In this document: positions 24,901-39,600 of the stretch, piece after piece
How positions within the stretch are numbered: the stretch's first letter is position 1
Layout: every line of letters begins with the position of its first letter
Source: Eledone cirrhosa
Lineage: Eukaryota
Reading direction: 5' to 3'
Assembly (NCBI GenBank): GCA_964016885.1
Contig: OZ024744.1
Span: 3,472,001 to 3,536,000, forward strand
Length of the DNA stretch: 64,000 bases
Translations under genes and position numbers: made by a program
Notes under the pieces: generated by a model
Told to the model about the DNA's origin: nothing
Database searches by the model: none
Seen by the model: only the letters and a program-made list of their open reading frames with translations

Positions 24901-27900
24901 GAAGACAAGGTAGAGAAAGATAGCTTGGTGAAGCACGACGTTTTGAGGGAAGACAAGATAAAGAAAGATAGCTTGGTGAAGAACGACGTTTTGTGGGAAG
25001 ACAAGGTAGAGAAAGATAGCTTGGTGAAGAACGAAGTTTTGGGGGAAGACAAGGTAGAGAAAGATAGCTTGGTGAAGAACGAAGTGTTGGGGGAAGACAA
25101 GGTAGAGAAAGATAGCTTGGTGAAGAACGATGTTTTGGGGAAGACAATGTAGAGAAAGATAGCTTGGTGAAGAACGAAGTTTTGGGGGAAGACAAGGTAG
25201 AGAAAGATAGCTTGGTGAAGAACGAAGTTTTGAGGGAAGACAAGGTATAGAAAGATAGCTTGGTGAATAACGAAGTTTTGGGAGAAGACAAGGTAGAGAA
25301 AGATAGCTTGGTGAAGAACGAAGTTTTGGTGGAGGACAAGGTAGAGAAAGATAGCTTGGTGAAGAACGACGTTTTGAGGGAAGACAAGGTAGAGAAAGAT
25401 AGCTTGGTGAAGAACGAAATTTTGACGGAAGACAAGGTAGAGAAAGATAGCTTGGTGAAGAATGACGTTTTGTGGGAAGACAAGGTAGAGAAAGATAGCT
25501 TGGTGAAGAACGAAGTTTTGGGGGAAGACAAGGTAGAGAAAGATAGCTTGGTGAAGAACGAAGTTTTGGGGAAGACAATGTAGAGAAAGATATATTGGTG
25601 AAGAACGAAGTTTTGGGGGAAGACAAGGTAGAGAAAGATAGCTTGGTGAAGAACGAAGTTTTGAGGGAAGACAAGGTAGAGAAAGATAGCTTTGTGAAGA
25701 ACGAAGTTTTGGGGAAGACAATGTAGAGAAAGATAGCTTGGTGAAGAACGAAGTTTTGGAGGAAGACAAGGTAGAGAAAGATAGCTTGGTGAAGAACGAA
25801 GTTTTGGGGAAAGACAAGGTAGAGAAAGATAGCTTGGTGAAGAACGAAGTTTTGGGGGAAGTCAAGGTAGAGAAAGATAGCTTGGTGAAGAACGAAGTTT
25901 TGGGGGAAGACAAGGTAGAGAAAGATAGCTTGGTGAAGAACGAAGTTTTGGGGAAGACAATGTAGAGAAAGATAGCTTGGTGAAGAACGAAGTTTTGGGG
26001 GAAGACAAGGTAGAGAAAGATAGCTTGGTGAATAACAAAGTTTTGGGAGAAGACAAGGTCGAGAAAGATAGCTTGGTGAAGAACGAAATTGTGAGGGAAG
26101 ACAAGGTAGAGAAAGATAGCTTGGTGAAGAACGACGTTTTGAGGGAAGACAAGATAGAGAAAGATAGCTTGGTGAAGAACGACGTTTTGTGGGAAGACAA
26201 GGTAGAGAAAGATAGCTTGGTGAAGAACGAAGTTTTGGGGGAAGACAAGGTAGAGAAAGATAGCTTGGTGAAGAACGAAGTTTTGGGGGAAGACAAGGTA
26301 GAGAAAGATAGCTTGGTGAAGAACGATGTTTTGGGGAAGACAATGTAGAGAAAGATAGCTTGGTGAAGAGCGAAGTTTTGGGGGAAGACAAGGTAGAGAA
26401 AGATAGCTTGGTGAAGAACGAAGTTTTGAGGGAAGACAAGGTATAGAAAGATAGCTTGGTGAATAACGAAGTTTTGGGAGAAGACAAGGTCGAGAAAGAT
26501 AGCTTGGTGAAGAACGAAGTTTTGAGGGAAGACAATGTAGAGAAAGATAGCTTGGTGAAGAACGAAGTTTTGGGGGAAGACAAGGTAGAGAAATATAGCT
26601 TGGTGAAGAACGAAGTTTTGGGGGAAGACAAGGTAGAGAAAGATAGCTTGGTGAAGAACGAAGTTTTGAGGGAAGACAAGGTAGAGAAAGATAGCTTGGT
26701 GAAGAACGACGTTTTGTGGGAAGACAAGGTAGAGAAAGATAGCTTGGTGAAGAACGAAGTTTTGTGGGAAGACAAGGTAGAGAAAGATAGCTTGGTGAAG
26801 AACGAAGTTTTGGGGGAAGACAAGGTAGAGAAAGATAGCATGGTGAACAACGAAGTTTTGGGGAAGACAATGTAGAGAAAGATAGCTTGGTGAAGAACGA
26901 AGTTTTGGGGGAAGACAAGGTAGAGAAAGATAGCTTGGTGAAGAACGAAGTTTTGGGGGGAAGACAAGGTAGAGAAAGATAGCTTGGTGAAGAACGACGT
27001 TTTGTGGGAAGACAAGGTAGAGAAAGATAGCTTGGTGAAGAACGAAGTTTTGGGGAAAGACAAGGTAGAGAAAGATAGCTTGGTGAAGAACGAAATTTTG
27101 GGGGAAGACAAGGTAGAGAAAGATAGCTTGGTGAAGAACGAAGTTTTGGGGGAAGACAAGGTAGAGAAAGATAGCTTGGTGAAGAACGAAGTTTTGGGGA
27201 AGACAATGTAGAGAAAGATAGCTTGGTGAAGAACGAAGTTTTGGGGGAAGACAAGGTAGAGAAAGATAGCTTGGTGAATAACAAAGTTTTGGGAGAAGAC
27301 AAGGTCGAGAAAGATAGCTTGGTGAAGAACGAAATTTTGAGGGAAGACAAGGTAGAGAAAGATAGCTTGGTGAAGAACGACGTTTTGAGGGAAGACAAGA
27401 TAAAGAAAGATAGCTTGGTGAAGAACGACGTTTTGTGGGAAGACAAGGTAGAGAAAGATAGCTTGGTGAAGAACGAAGTTTTGGGGGAAGACAAGGTAGA
27501 GAAAGATAGCTTGGTGAAGAACGAAGTTTTGGGGGAAGACAAGGTAGAGAAAGATAGCTTGGTGAAGAACGATGTTTTGGGGAAGACAATGTAGAGAAAG
27601 ATAGCTTGGTGAAGAACGAAGTTTTGGGGGAAGACAAGGTAGAGAAAGATAGCTTGGTGAAGAACGAAGTTTTGAGGGAAGACAAGGTATAGAAAGATAG
27701 CTTGGTGAATAACGAAGTTTTGGGAGAAGACAAGGTAGAGAAAGATAGCTTGGTGAAGAACGAAGTTTTGGTGGAGGACAAGGTAGAGAAAGATAGCTTG
27801 GTGAAGAACGACGTTTTGAGGGAAGACAAGGTAGAGAAAGATAGCTTGGTGAAGAGCGAAATTTTGACGGAAGACAAGGTAGAGAAAGATAGCTTGGTGA

Positions 27901-27941
27901 ATAACGAAGTTTTGGGAGAAGACAAGGTAGAGAAAGATAGC

Positions 27942-30900
27942 TTGGTGAAGAACGAAGTTTTGGTGGAGGACAAGGTAGAGAAAGATAGCTTGGTGAAGAA
28001 CGACGTTTTGAGGGAAGACAAGGTAGAGAAAGATAGCTTGGTGAAGAACGAAATTTTGACGGAAGACAAGGTAGAGAAAGATAGCTTGGTGAAGAATGAC
28101 GTTTTGTGGGAAGACAAGGTAGAGAAAGATAGCTTGGTGAAGAACGAAGTTTTGGGGGAAGACAAGGTAGAGAAAGATAGCTTGGTGAAGAACGAAGTTT
28201 TGGGGAAGACAATGTAGAGAAAGATATATTGGTGAAGAACGAAGTTTTGGGGGAAGACAAGGTAGAGAAAGATAGCTTGGTGAAGAACGAAGTTTTGAGG
28301 GAAGACAAGGTAGAGAAAGATAGCTTTGTGAAGAACGAAGTTTTGGGGAAGACAATGTAGAGAAAGATAGCTTGGTGAAGAACGAAGTTTTGGAGGAAGA
28401 CAAGGTAGAGAAAGATAGCTTGGTGAAGAACGAAGTTTTGGGGAAAGACAAGGTAGAGAAAGATAGCTTGGTGAAGAACGAAGTTTTGGGGGAAGTCAAG
28501 GTAGAGAAAGATAGCTTGGTGAAGAACGAAGTTTTGGGGGAAGACAAGGTAGAGAAAGATAGCTTGGTGAAGAACGAAGTTTTGGGGAAGACAATGTAGA
28601 GAAAGATAGCTTGGTGAAGAACGAAGTTTTGGGGGAAGACAAGGTAGAGAAAGATAGCTTGGTGAATAACAAAGTTTTGGGAGAAGACAAGGTCGAGAAA
28701 GATAGCTTGGTGAAGAACGAAATTTTGAGGGAAGACAAGGTAGAGAAAGATAGCTTGGTGAAGAACGACGTTTTGAGGGAAGACAAGATAGAGAAAGATA
28801 GCTTGGTGAAGAACGGCGTTTTGTGGGAAGACAAGGTAGAGAAAGATAGCTTGGTGAAGAACGAAGTTTTGGGGGAAGACAAGGTAGAGAAAGATAGCTT
28901 GGTGAAGAACGAAGTTTTGGGGGAAGACAAGGTAGAGAAAGATAGCTTGGTGAAGAACGATGTTTTGGGGAAGACAATGTAGAGAAAGATAGCTTGGTGA
29001 AGAGCGAAGTTTTGGGGGAAGACAAGGTAGAGAAAGATAGCTTGGTGAAGAACGAAGTTTTGAGGGAAGACAAGGTATAGAAAGATAGCTTGGTGAATAA
29101 CGAAGTTTTGGGAGAAGACAAGGTCGAGAAAGATAGCTTGGTGAAGAACGAAGTTTTGAGGGAAGACAATGTAGAGAAAGATAGCTTGGTGAAGAACGAA
29201 GTTTTGGGGGAAGACAAGGTAGAGAAAGATAGCTTGGTGAAGAACGAAGTTTTGGGGGAAGACAAGGTAGAGAAAGATAGCTTGGTGAAGAACGAAGTTT
29301 TGAGGGAAGACAAGGTAGAGAAAGATAGCTTGGTGAAGAACGACGTTTTGTGGGAAGACAAGGTAGAGAAAGATAGCTTGGTGAAGAACGAAGTTTTGTG
29401 GGAAGACAAGGTAGAGAAAGATAGCTTGGTGAAGAACGAAGTTTTGGGGGAAGACAAGGTAGAGAAAGATAGCTTGGTGAACAACGAAGTTTTGGGGAAG
29501 ACAATGTAGAGAAAGATAGCTTGGTGAAGAACGAAGTTTTGGGGGAAGACAAGGTAGAGAAAGATAGCTTGGTGAAGAACGAAGTTTTGGGGGGAAGACA
29601 AGGTAGAGAAAGATATCTTGGTGAAGAACGACGTTTTGTGGGAAGACAAGGTAGAGAAAGATAGCTTGGTGAAGAACGAAGTTTTGGGGAAAGACAAGGT
29701 AGAGAAAGATAGCTTGGTGAAGAACGAAATTTTGGGGGAAGACAAGGTAGAGAAAGATAGCTTGGTGAAGAACGAAGTTTTGGGGGAAGACAAGGTAGAG
29801 AAAGATAGCTTGGTGAAGAACGAAGTTTTGGGGGAAGACAAGGTAGAGAAAGATAGCTTGGTGAATAACAAAGTTTTGGGAGAAGACAAGGTAGAGAAAG
29901 ATAGCTTGGTGAAGAACGAAGTTTTGGTGGAGGACAAGGTAGAGAAAGATAGCTTGGTGAAGAACGACGTTTTGAGGGAAGACAAGGTAGAGAAAGATAG
30001 CTTGGTGAAGAACGAAATTTTGACGGAAGACAAGGTAGAGAAAGATAGCTTGGTGAAGAATGACGTTTTGTGGGAAGACAAGGTAGAGAAAGATAGCTTG
30101 GTGAAGAACGAAGGTTTGGGGGAAGACAAGGTAGAGAAAGATAGCTTGGTGAAGAACGAAGTTTTGGGGAAGACAATGTAGAGAAAGATATATTGGTGAA
30201 GAACGAAGTTTTGGGGGAAGACAAGGTAGAGAAAGATAGCTTGGTGAAGAACGAAGTTTTGAGGGAAGACAAGGTAGAGAAAGATAGCTTTGTGAAGAAC
30301 GAAGTTTTGGGGAAGACAATGTAGAGAAAGATAGCTTGGTGAAGAACGAAGTTTTGGAGGAAGACAAGGTAGAGAAAGATAGCTTGGTGAAGAACGAAGT
30401 TTTGGGGAAAGACAAGGTAGAGAAAGATAGCTTGGTGAAGAACGAAGTTTTGGGGGAAGTCAAGGTAGAGAAAGATAGCTTGGTGAAGAACGAAGTTTTG
30501 GGGGAAGACAAGGTAGAGAAAGATAGCTTGGTGAAGAACGAAGTTTTGGGGAAGACAATGTAGAGAAAGATAGCTTGGTGAAGAACGAAGTTTTGGGGGA
30601 AGACAAGGTAGAGAAAGATAGCTTGGTGAATAACAAAGTTTTGGGAGAAGACAAGGTCGAGAAAGATAGCTTGGTGAAGAACGAAATTTTGAGGGAAGAC
30701 AAGGTAGAGAAAGATAGCTTGGTGAAGAACGACGTTTTGAGGGAAGACAAGATAGAGAAAGATAGCTTGGTGAAGAACGACGTTTTGTGGGAAGACAAGG
30801 TAGAGAAAGATAGCTTGGTGAAGAACGAAGTTTTGGGGGAAGACAAGGTAGAGAAAGATAGCTTGGTGAAGAACGAAGTTTTGGGGGAAGACAAGGTAGA

Positions 30901-33420
30901 GAAAGATAGCTTGGTGAAGAACGATGTTTTGGGGAAGACAATGTAGAGAAAGATAGCTTGGTGAAGAGCGAAGTTTTGGGGGAAGACAAGGTAGAGAAAG
31001 ATAGCTTGGTGAAGAACGAAGTTTTGAGGGAAGACAAGGTATAGAAAGATAGCTTGGTGAATAACGAAGTTTTGGGAGAAGACAAGGTCGAGAAAGATAG
31101 CTTGGTGAAGAACGAAGTTTTGAGGGAAGACAATGTAGAGAAAGATAGCTTGGTGAAGAACGAAGTTTTGGGGGAAGACAAGGTAGAGAAAGATAGCTTG
31201 GTGAAGAACGAAGTTTTGGGGGAAGACAAGGTAGAGAAAGATAGCTTGGTGAAGAACGAAGTTTTGAGGGAAGACAAGGTAGAGAAAGATAGCTTGGTGA
31301 AGAACGACGTTTTGTGGGAAGACAAGGTAGAGAAAGATAGCTTGGTGAAGAACGAAGTTTTGTGGGAAGACAAGGTAGAGAAAGATAGCTTGGTGAAGAA
31401 CGAAGTTTTGGGGGAAGACAAGGTAGAGAAAGATAGCTTGGTGAACAACGAAGTTTTGGGGAAGACAATGTAGAGAAAGATAGCTTGGTGAAGAACGAAG
31501 TTTTGGGGGAAGACAAGGTAGAGAAAGATAGCTTGGTGAAGAACGAAGTTTTGGGGGGAAGACAAGGTAGAGAAAGATATCTTGGTGAAGAACGACGTTT
31601 TGTGGGAAGACAAGGTAGAGAAAGATAGCTTGGTGAAGAACGAAGTTTTGGGGAAAGACAAGGTAGAGAAAGATAGCTTGGAGAAGAACGAAATTTTGGG
31701 GGAAGACAAGGTAGAGAAAGATAGCTTGGTGAAGAACGAAGTTTTGGGGGAAGACAAGGTAGAGAAAGATAGCTTGGTGAAGAACGAAGTTTTGGGGGAA
31801 GACAAGGTAGAGAAAGATAGCTTGGTGAATAACAAAGTTTTGGGAGAAGACAAGGTAGAGAAAGATAGCTTGGTGAAGAACGAAGTTTTGGTGGAGGACA
31901 AGGTAGAGAAAGATAGCTTGGTGAAGAACGACGTTTTGAGGGAAGACAAGGTAGAGAAAGATAGCTTGGTGAAGAACGAAATTTTGACGGAAGACAAGGT
32001 AGAGAAAGATAGCTTGGTGAAGAATGACGTTTTGTGGTAAGACAAGGTAGAGAAAGATAGCTTGGTGAAGAACGAAGTTTTGGGGGAAGACAAGGTAGAG
32101 AAAGATAGCTTGGTGAAGAACGAAGTTTTGGGGAAGACAATGTAGAGAAAGATATATTGGTGAAGAACGAAGTTTTGGGGGAAGACAAGGTAGAGAAAGA
32201 TAGCTTGGTGAAGAACGAAGTTTTGAGGGAAGACAAGGTAGAGAAAGATAGCTTTGTGAAGAACGAAGTTTTGGGGAAGACAATGTAGAGAAAGATAGCT
32301 TGGTGAAGAACGAAGTTTTGGAGGAAGACAAGGTAGAGAAAGATAGCTTGGTGAAGAACGAAGTTTTGGGGAAAGACAAGGTAGAGAAAGATAGCTTGGT
32401 GAAGAACGAAGTTTTGGGGGAAGTCAAGGTAGAGAAAGATAGCTTGGTGAAGAACGAAGTTTTGGGGGAAGACAAGGTAGAGAAAGATAGCTTGGTGAAG
32501 AACGAAGTTTTGGGGAAGACAATGTAGAGAAAGATAGCTTGGTGAAGAACGAAGTTTTGGGGGAAGACAAGGTAGAGAAAGATAGCTTGGTGAATAACAA
32601 AGTTTTGGGAGAAGTCAAGGTCGAGAAAGATAGCTTGGTGAAGAACGAAATTTTGAGGGAAGACAAGGTAGAGAAAGATAGCTTGGTGAAGAACGACGTT
32701 TTGAGGGAAGACAAGATAGAGAAAGATAGCTTGGTGAAGAACGACGTTTTGTGGGAAGACAAGGTAGAGAAAGATAGCTTGGTGAAGAACGAAGTTTTGG
32801 GGGAAGACAAGGTAGAGAAAGATAGCTTGGTGAAGAACGAAGTTTTGGGGGAAGACAAGGTAGAGAAAGATAGCTTGGTGAAGAACGATGTTTTGGGGAA
32901 GACAATGTAGAGAAAGATAGCTTGGTGAAGAGCGAAGTTTTGGGGGAAGACAAGGTAGAGAAAGATAGCTTGGTGAAGAACGAAGTTTTGAGGGAAGACA
33001 AGGTATAGAAAGATAGCTTGGTGAATAACGAAGTTTTGGGAGAAGACAAGGTCGAGAAAGATAGCTTGGTGAAGAACGAAGTTTTGAGGGAAGACAATGT
33101 AGAGAAAGATAGCTTGGTGAAGAACGAAGTTTTGGGGGAAGACAAGGTAGAGAAAGATAGCTTGGTGAAGAACGAAGTTTTGGTGGAAGACAAGGTAGAG
33201 AAAGATAGCTTGGTGAAGAACGAAGTTTTGAGGGAAGACAAGGTAGAGAAAGATAGCTTGGTGAAGAACGACGTTTTGTGGGAAGACAAGGTAGAGAAAG
33301 ATAGCTTGGTGAAGAACGAAGTTTTGTGGGAAGACAAGGTAGAGAAAGATAGCTTGGTGAAGAACGAAGTTTTGGGGGAAGACAAGGTAGAGAAAGATAG
33401 CTTGGTGAACAACGAAGTTT
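27942..33420 (+). repeat. About 2.8 tandem copies of a 1,964-bp (41-monomer) higher-order unit
   Basis: ORFs 28372/30336/32300, 28611/30575/32539 and 29090/31054/33018 are all spaced by 1,964. The GTGGAGGAC monomer starts at 27942, 29906 and 31870. Confidence 0.9.
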
Positions 33421-33640
33421 TGGGGGAAGACAAGGTAGAGAAAGATAGCTTGGTGAAGAACGAAGTTTTGGGGAAGACAATGTAGAGAAAGATATATTGG
33501 TGAAGAACGAAGTTTTGGGGGAAGACAAGGTAGAGAAAGATAGCTTGGTGAAGAACGAAGTTTTGAGGGAAGACAAGGTAGAGAAAGATAGCTTGGTGAA
33601 TAACGAAGTTTTGGGAGAAGACAAGGTAGAGAAAGATAGC

Positions 33641-36600
33641 TTGGTGAAGAACGACGTTTTGAGGGAAGACAAGGTAGAGAAAGATAGCTTGGTGAAGAAC
33701 GAAGTTTTGGGGAAGACAATGTAGAGAAAGATAGCTTGGTGAAGAACGAAGTTTTGGGGGAAGACAAGGTAGAGAAAGATAGCTTGGTGAAGAACGAAGT
33801 TTTGGGGGGAAGACAAGGTAGAGAAAGATAGCTTGGTGAAGAACGACGTTTTGTGGGAAGACAAGGTAGAGAAAGATAGCTTGGTGAAGAACGAAGTTTT
33901 GGGGAAAGACAAGGTAGAGAAAGATAGCTTGGTGAAGAACGAAATTTTGGGGGAAGACAAGGTAGAGAAAGATAGCTTGGTGAAGAACGAAGTTTTGGGG
34001 GAAGACAAGGTAGAGAAAGATAGCTTGGTGAAGAACGAAGTTTTGGGGAAGACAATGTAGAGAAAGATAGCTTGGTGAAGAACGAAGTTTTGGGGGAAGA
34101 CAAGGTAGAGAAAGATAGCTTTGTGAATAACAAAGTTTTGGGAGAAGACAAGGTCGAGAAAGATAGCTTGGTGAAGAACGAAATTTTGAGGGAAGACAAG
34201 GTAGAGAAAGATAGCTTGGTGAAGAACGAAGTTTTGGGGAAGACAATGTAGAGAAAGATAGCTTGGTGAAGAACGAAGTTTTGGGGGAAGACAAGGTAGA
34301 GAAAGATAGCTTGGTGAAGAACGAAGTTTTGGGGGGAAGACAAGGTAGAGAAAGATAGCTTGGTGAAGAACGACGTTTTGTGGGAAGACAAGGTAGAGAA
34401 AGATAGCTTGGTGAAGAACGAAGTTTTGTGGGAAGACAAGGTAGAGAAAGATAGCTTGGTGAAGAACGAAGTTTTGGGGGAAGACAAGGTAGAGAAAGAT
34501 AGCTTGGTGAACAACGAAGTTTTGGGGGAAGACAAGGTAGAGAAAGATAGCTTGGTGAAGAACGAAGTTTTGGGGAAGACAATGTAGAGAAAGATATATT
34601 GGTGAAGAACGAAGTTTTGGGGGAAGACAAGGTAGAGAAAGATAGCTTGGTGAAGAACGAAGTTTTGAGGGAAGACAAGGTAGAGAAAGATAGCTTGGTG
34701 AATAACGAAGTTTTGGGAGAAGACAAGGTAGAGAAAGATAGCTTGGTGAAGAACGACGTTTTGAGGGAAGACAAGGTAGAGAAAGATAGCTTGGTGAAGA
34801 ACGAAGTTTTGGGGAAGACAATGTAGAGAAAGATAGCTTGGTGAAGAACGAAGTTTTGGGGGAAGACAAGGTAGAGAAAGATTGCTTGGTGAAGAACGAA
34901 GTTTTGGGGGGAAGACAAGGTAGAGAAAGATAGCTTGGTGAAGAACGACGTTTTGTGGGAAGACAAGGTAGAGAAAGATAGCTTGGTGAAGAACGAAGTT
35001 TTGGGGAAAGACAAGGTAGAGAAAGATAGCTTGGTGAAGAACGAAATTTTGGGGGAAGACAAGGTAGAGAAAGATAGCTTGGTGAAGAACGAAGTTTTGG
35101 GGGAAGACAAGGTAGAGAAAGATAGCTTGGTGAAGAACGAAGTTTTGGGGAAGACAATGTAGAGAAAGATAGCTTGGTGAAGAACGAAGTTTTGGGGGAA
35201 GACAAGGTAGAGAAAGATAGCTTGGTGAATAACAAAGTTTTGGGAGAAGACAAGGTCGAGAAAGATAGCTTGGTGAAGAACGAAATTTTGAGGGAAGACA
35301 AGGTAGAGAAAGATAGCTTGGTGAAGAACGACGTTTTGAGGGAAAACAAGATAAAGAAAGATAGCTTGGTGAAGAACGACGTTTTGTGGGAAGACAAGGT
35401 AGAGAAAGATAGCTTGGTGAAGAACGAAGTTTTGGGGGAAGACAAGGTAGAGAAAGATAGCTTGGTGAAGAACGAAGTTTTGGGGGAAGACAAGGTAGAG
35501 AAAGATAGCTTGGTGAAGAACGATGTTTTGGGGAAGACAATGTAGAGAAATATAGCTTGGTGAAGAACGAAGTTTTGGGGGAAGACAAGGTAGAGAAAGA
35601 TAGCTTGGTGAAGAACGAAGTTTTGAGGGAAGACAAGGTATAGAAAGATAGCTTGGTGAATAACGAAGTTTTGGGAGAAGACAAGGTAGAGAAAGATAGC
35701 TTGGTGAAGAACGAAGTTTTGAGGGAAGACAATGTAGAGACAGATAGCTTGGTGAAGAACGAAGTTTTGGGGGAAGACAAGGTAGAGAAAGATAGCTTGG
35801 TGAAGAACGAAGTTTTGGGGGAAGACAAGGTAGAGAAAGATAGCTTGGTGAAGAACGAAGTTTTGAGGGAAGACAAGGTAGAGAAAGGTAGCTTGGTGAA
35901 GAACGACGTTTTGTGGGAAGACAAGGTAGAGAAAGATAGCTTGGTGAAGAACGAAGTTTTGTGGGAAGACAAGGTAGAGAAAGATAGCTTGGTGAAGAAC
36001 GAAGTTTTGGGGGAAGACAAGGTAGAGAAAGATAGCTTGGTGAAGAACGAAGTTTTGGGGGAAGACAATGTAGAGAAAGATATATTGGTGAAGAACGAAG
36101 TTTTGGGGGAAGACAAGGTAGAGAAAGATAGCTTGGTGAAGAACGAAGTTTTGAGGGAAGACAAGGTAGAGAAAGATAGCTTTGTGAACAACGAAGTTTT
36201 GGGGGAAGACAAGGTAGAGAAAGATAGCTTGGTGAAGAACGAAGTTTTGGGGAAGACAATGTAGAGAAAGATATATTGGTGAAGAACGAAGTTTTGGGGG
36301 AAGACAAGGTAGAGAAAGATAGCTTGGTGAAGAACGAAGTTTTGAGGGAAGACAAGGTAGAGAAAGATAGATTGGTGAATAACGAAGTTTTGGGAGAAGA
36401 CAAGGTAGAGAAAGATAGCTTGGTGAAGAACGACGTTTTGAGGGAAGACAAGGTAGAGAAAGATAGCTTGGTGAAGAACGAAGTTTTGGGGAAGACAAGG
36501 TAGAGAAAGATAGCTTGGTGAAGAACGACGTTTTGAGGGAAGACAAGGTAGAGAAAGATAGCTTGGTGAAGAACGAAGTTATGGGGAAGACAATGTAGAG

Positions 36601-39600
36601 AAAGATAGCTTGGTGAAGAACGAAGTTTTGGGGGAAGACAAGGTAGAGAAAGATAGCTTGGTGAAGAACGAAGTTTTGGGGGAAGACAAGGTAGAGAAAG
36701 ATAGATTGGTGATGAACGAAGTTTTGAGGGATGACAAGGTAGAGAAAGATGACTTGGTGAAGAACGAAGTTTTGGGGGAAGACAAGGTAGAGAAAGATAG
36801 CTTGGTGAAGAACGAAGTTTTGGGGGAAGACAAGGTAGAGAAAGATAGCTTGGTGAAGAACGAAGTTTTGGGGGAAGACAAGGTAGAGAAATATAGCTTG
36901 GTGAAGAACGAAGTTTTGAGGGAAGACAAGGTAGAGAAAGATAGCTTGGTGAAGAACGACGTTTTGTGGGAAGACAAGGTAGAGAAAGATAGCTTGGTGA
37001 AGAACGACGTTTTGAGGGAAGACAAGGTAGAGAAAGATAGCTTGGTGAAGAACGACGTTTTGTGGGAAGACAAGGTAGAAAAAGATAGCTTGGTGAAGAA
37101 CGAAGTTTTGGGGGAAGACAAGGTAGAGAAAGATAGCTTGCGAAGAACGAAGTTTTGGGGCAAGACAAGGTAGAGAAAGATAGCTTGGTGAAGAACGAAG
37201 TTTTGGTGGAGGACAAGGTAGAGAAAGATAGCTTGGTGAAGAACGACGTTTTGAGGGAAGACAAGGTAGAGAAAGATAGCTTGGTGAAGAACGAAATTTT
37301 GACGGAAGACAAGGTAGAGAAAGATAGCTTGGTGAAGAATGACGTTTTGTGGGAAGACAAGGTAGAGAAAGATAGCTTGGTGAAGAACGATGTTTTGGGG
37401 AAGACAATGTAGAGAAAGATAGCGTGGTGAAGAACGAAGTTTTGGGGGAAGACAAGGTAGAGAAAGATAGCTTGGTGAAGAACGAAGTTTTGAGGGAAGA
37501 CAAGGTATAGAAAGATAGCTTGGTGAATAACGAAGTTTTGGGAGAAGACAAGGTAGAGAAAGATAGCTTGGTGAAGAACGAAGTTTTGAGGGAAGACAAT
37601 GTAGAGAAAGATAGCTTGGTGAAGAACGAAGTTTTGGGGGAAGACAAGGTAGAGAAAGATAGCTTGGTGAAGAACGAAGTTTTGGGGGAAGACAAGTTAG
37701 AGAAAGATAGCTTGGTGAAGAACGAAGTTTTGAGGGAAGACAAGGTAGAGAAAGATAGCTTGGTGAAGAACGACGTTTTGTGGGAAGACAAGGTAGAGAA
37801 AGATAGCTTGGTGAAGAACGAAGTTTTGTGGGAAGACAAGGTAGAGAAAGATAGCTTGGTGAAGAACGAAGTTTTGGGGGAAGACAAGGTAGAGAAAGAT
37901 AGCTTGGTGAAGAACGAAGTTTTGGGGGAAGACAAGGTAGAGAAAGATAGCTTGGTGAACAACGAAGTTTTGGGGGAAGACAAGGTAGAGAAAGATAGCT
38001 TGGTGAAGAACGAAGTTTTGGGGAAGACAATGTAGAGAAAGATATATTGGTGAAGAACGAAGTTTTGGGGGAAGACAAGGTAGAGAAAGATAGCTTGGTG
38101 AAGAACGAAGTTTTGAGGGAAGACAAGGTAGAGAAAGATAGATTGGTGAATAACGAAGTTTTGGGAGAAGACAAGGTAGAGAAAGATAGCTTGGTGAAGA
38201 ACGACGTTTTGAGGGAAGACAAGGTAGAGAAAGATAGCTTGGTGAAGGACGAAGTTTTGGGGAAGACAATGTAGAGAAAGATAGCTTGGTGAAGAACGAA
38301 GTTTTGGGGGAAGACAAGGTAGAGAAAGATAGCTTGGTGAAGAACGACGTTTTGAGGGAAGACAAGGTAGAGAAAGATAGCTTGGTGAAGAACGAAGTTT
38401 TGGGGAAGACAATGTAGAGAAAGATAGCTTGGTGAAGAACGAAGTTTTGGGGGAAGACAAGGTAGAGAAAGATAGCTTGGTGAAGAACGAAGTTTTGGGG
38501 GGAAGACAAGGTAGAGAAAGATAGCTTGGTGAAGAACGACGTTTTGTGGGAAGACAAGGTAGAGAAAGATAGCTTGGTGAAGAACGAAGTTTTGGGGAAA
38601 GACAAGGTAGAGAAAGATAGCTTGGTGAAGAACGAAATTTTGGGGGAAGACAAGGTAGAGAAAGATAGCTTGGTGAAGAACGAAGTTTTGGGGGAAGACA
38701 AGGTAGAGAAAGATAGCTTGGTGAAGAACGAAGTTTTGGGGAAGACAATGTAGAGAAAGATAGCTTGGTGAAGAACGAAGTTTTGGGGGAAGACAAGGTA
38801 GAGAAAGATAGCTTGGTGAATAACAAAGTTTTGGGAGAAGACAAGGTCGAGAAAGATAGCTTGGTGAAGAACGAAATTTTGAGGGAAGACAAGGTAGAGA
38901 AAGATAGCTTGGTGAAGAACGAAGTTTTGGGGAAGACAATGTAGAGAAAGATAGCTTGGTGAAGAACGAAGTTTTGGGGGAAGACAAGGTAGAGAAAGAT
39001 AGCTTGGTGAAGAACGAAGTTTTGGGGGGAAGACAAGGTAGAGAAAGATAGCTTGGTGAAGAACGACGTTTTGTGGGAAGACAAGGTAGAGAAAGATAGC
39101 TTGGTGAAGAACGAAGTTTTGTGGGAAGACAAGGTAGAGAAAGATAGCTTGGTGAAGAACGAAGTTTTGGGGGAAGACAAGGTAGAGAAAGATAGCTTGG
39201 TGAACAACGAAGTTTTGGGGGAAGACAAGGTAGAGAAAGATAGCTTGGTGAAGAACGAAGTTTTGGGGAAGACAATGTAGAGAAAGATATATTGGTGAAG
39301 AACGAAGTTTTGGGGGAAGACAAGGTAGAGAAAGATAGCTTGGTGAAGAACGAAGTTTTGAGGGAAGACAAGGTAGAGAAAGATAGCTTGGTGAATAACG
39401 AAGTTTTGGGAGAAGACAAGGTAGAGAAAGATAGCTTGGTGAAGAACGACGTTTTGAGGGAAGACAAGGTAGAGAAAGATAGCTTGGTGAAGAACGAAGT
39501 TTTGGGGAAGACAATGTAGAGAAAGATAGCTTGGTGAAGAACGAAGTTTTGGGGGAAGACAAGGTAGAGAAAGATTGCTTGGTGAAGAACGAAGTTTTGG

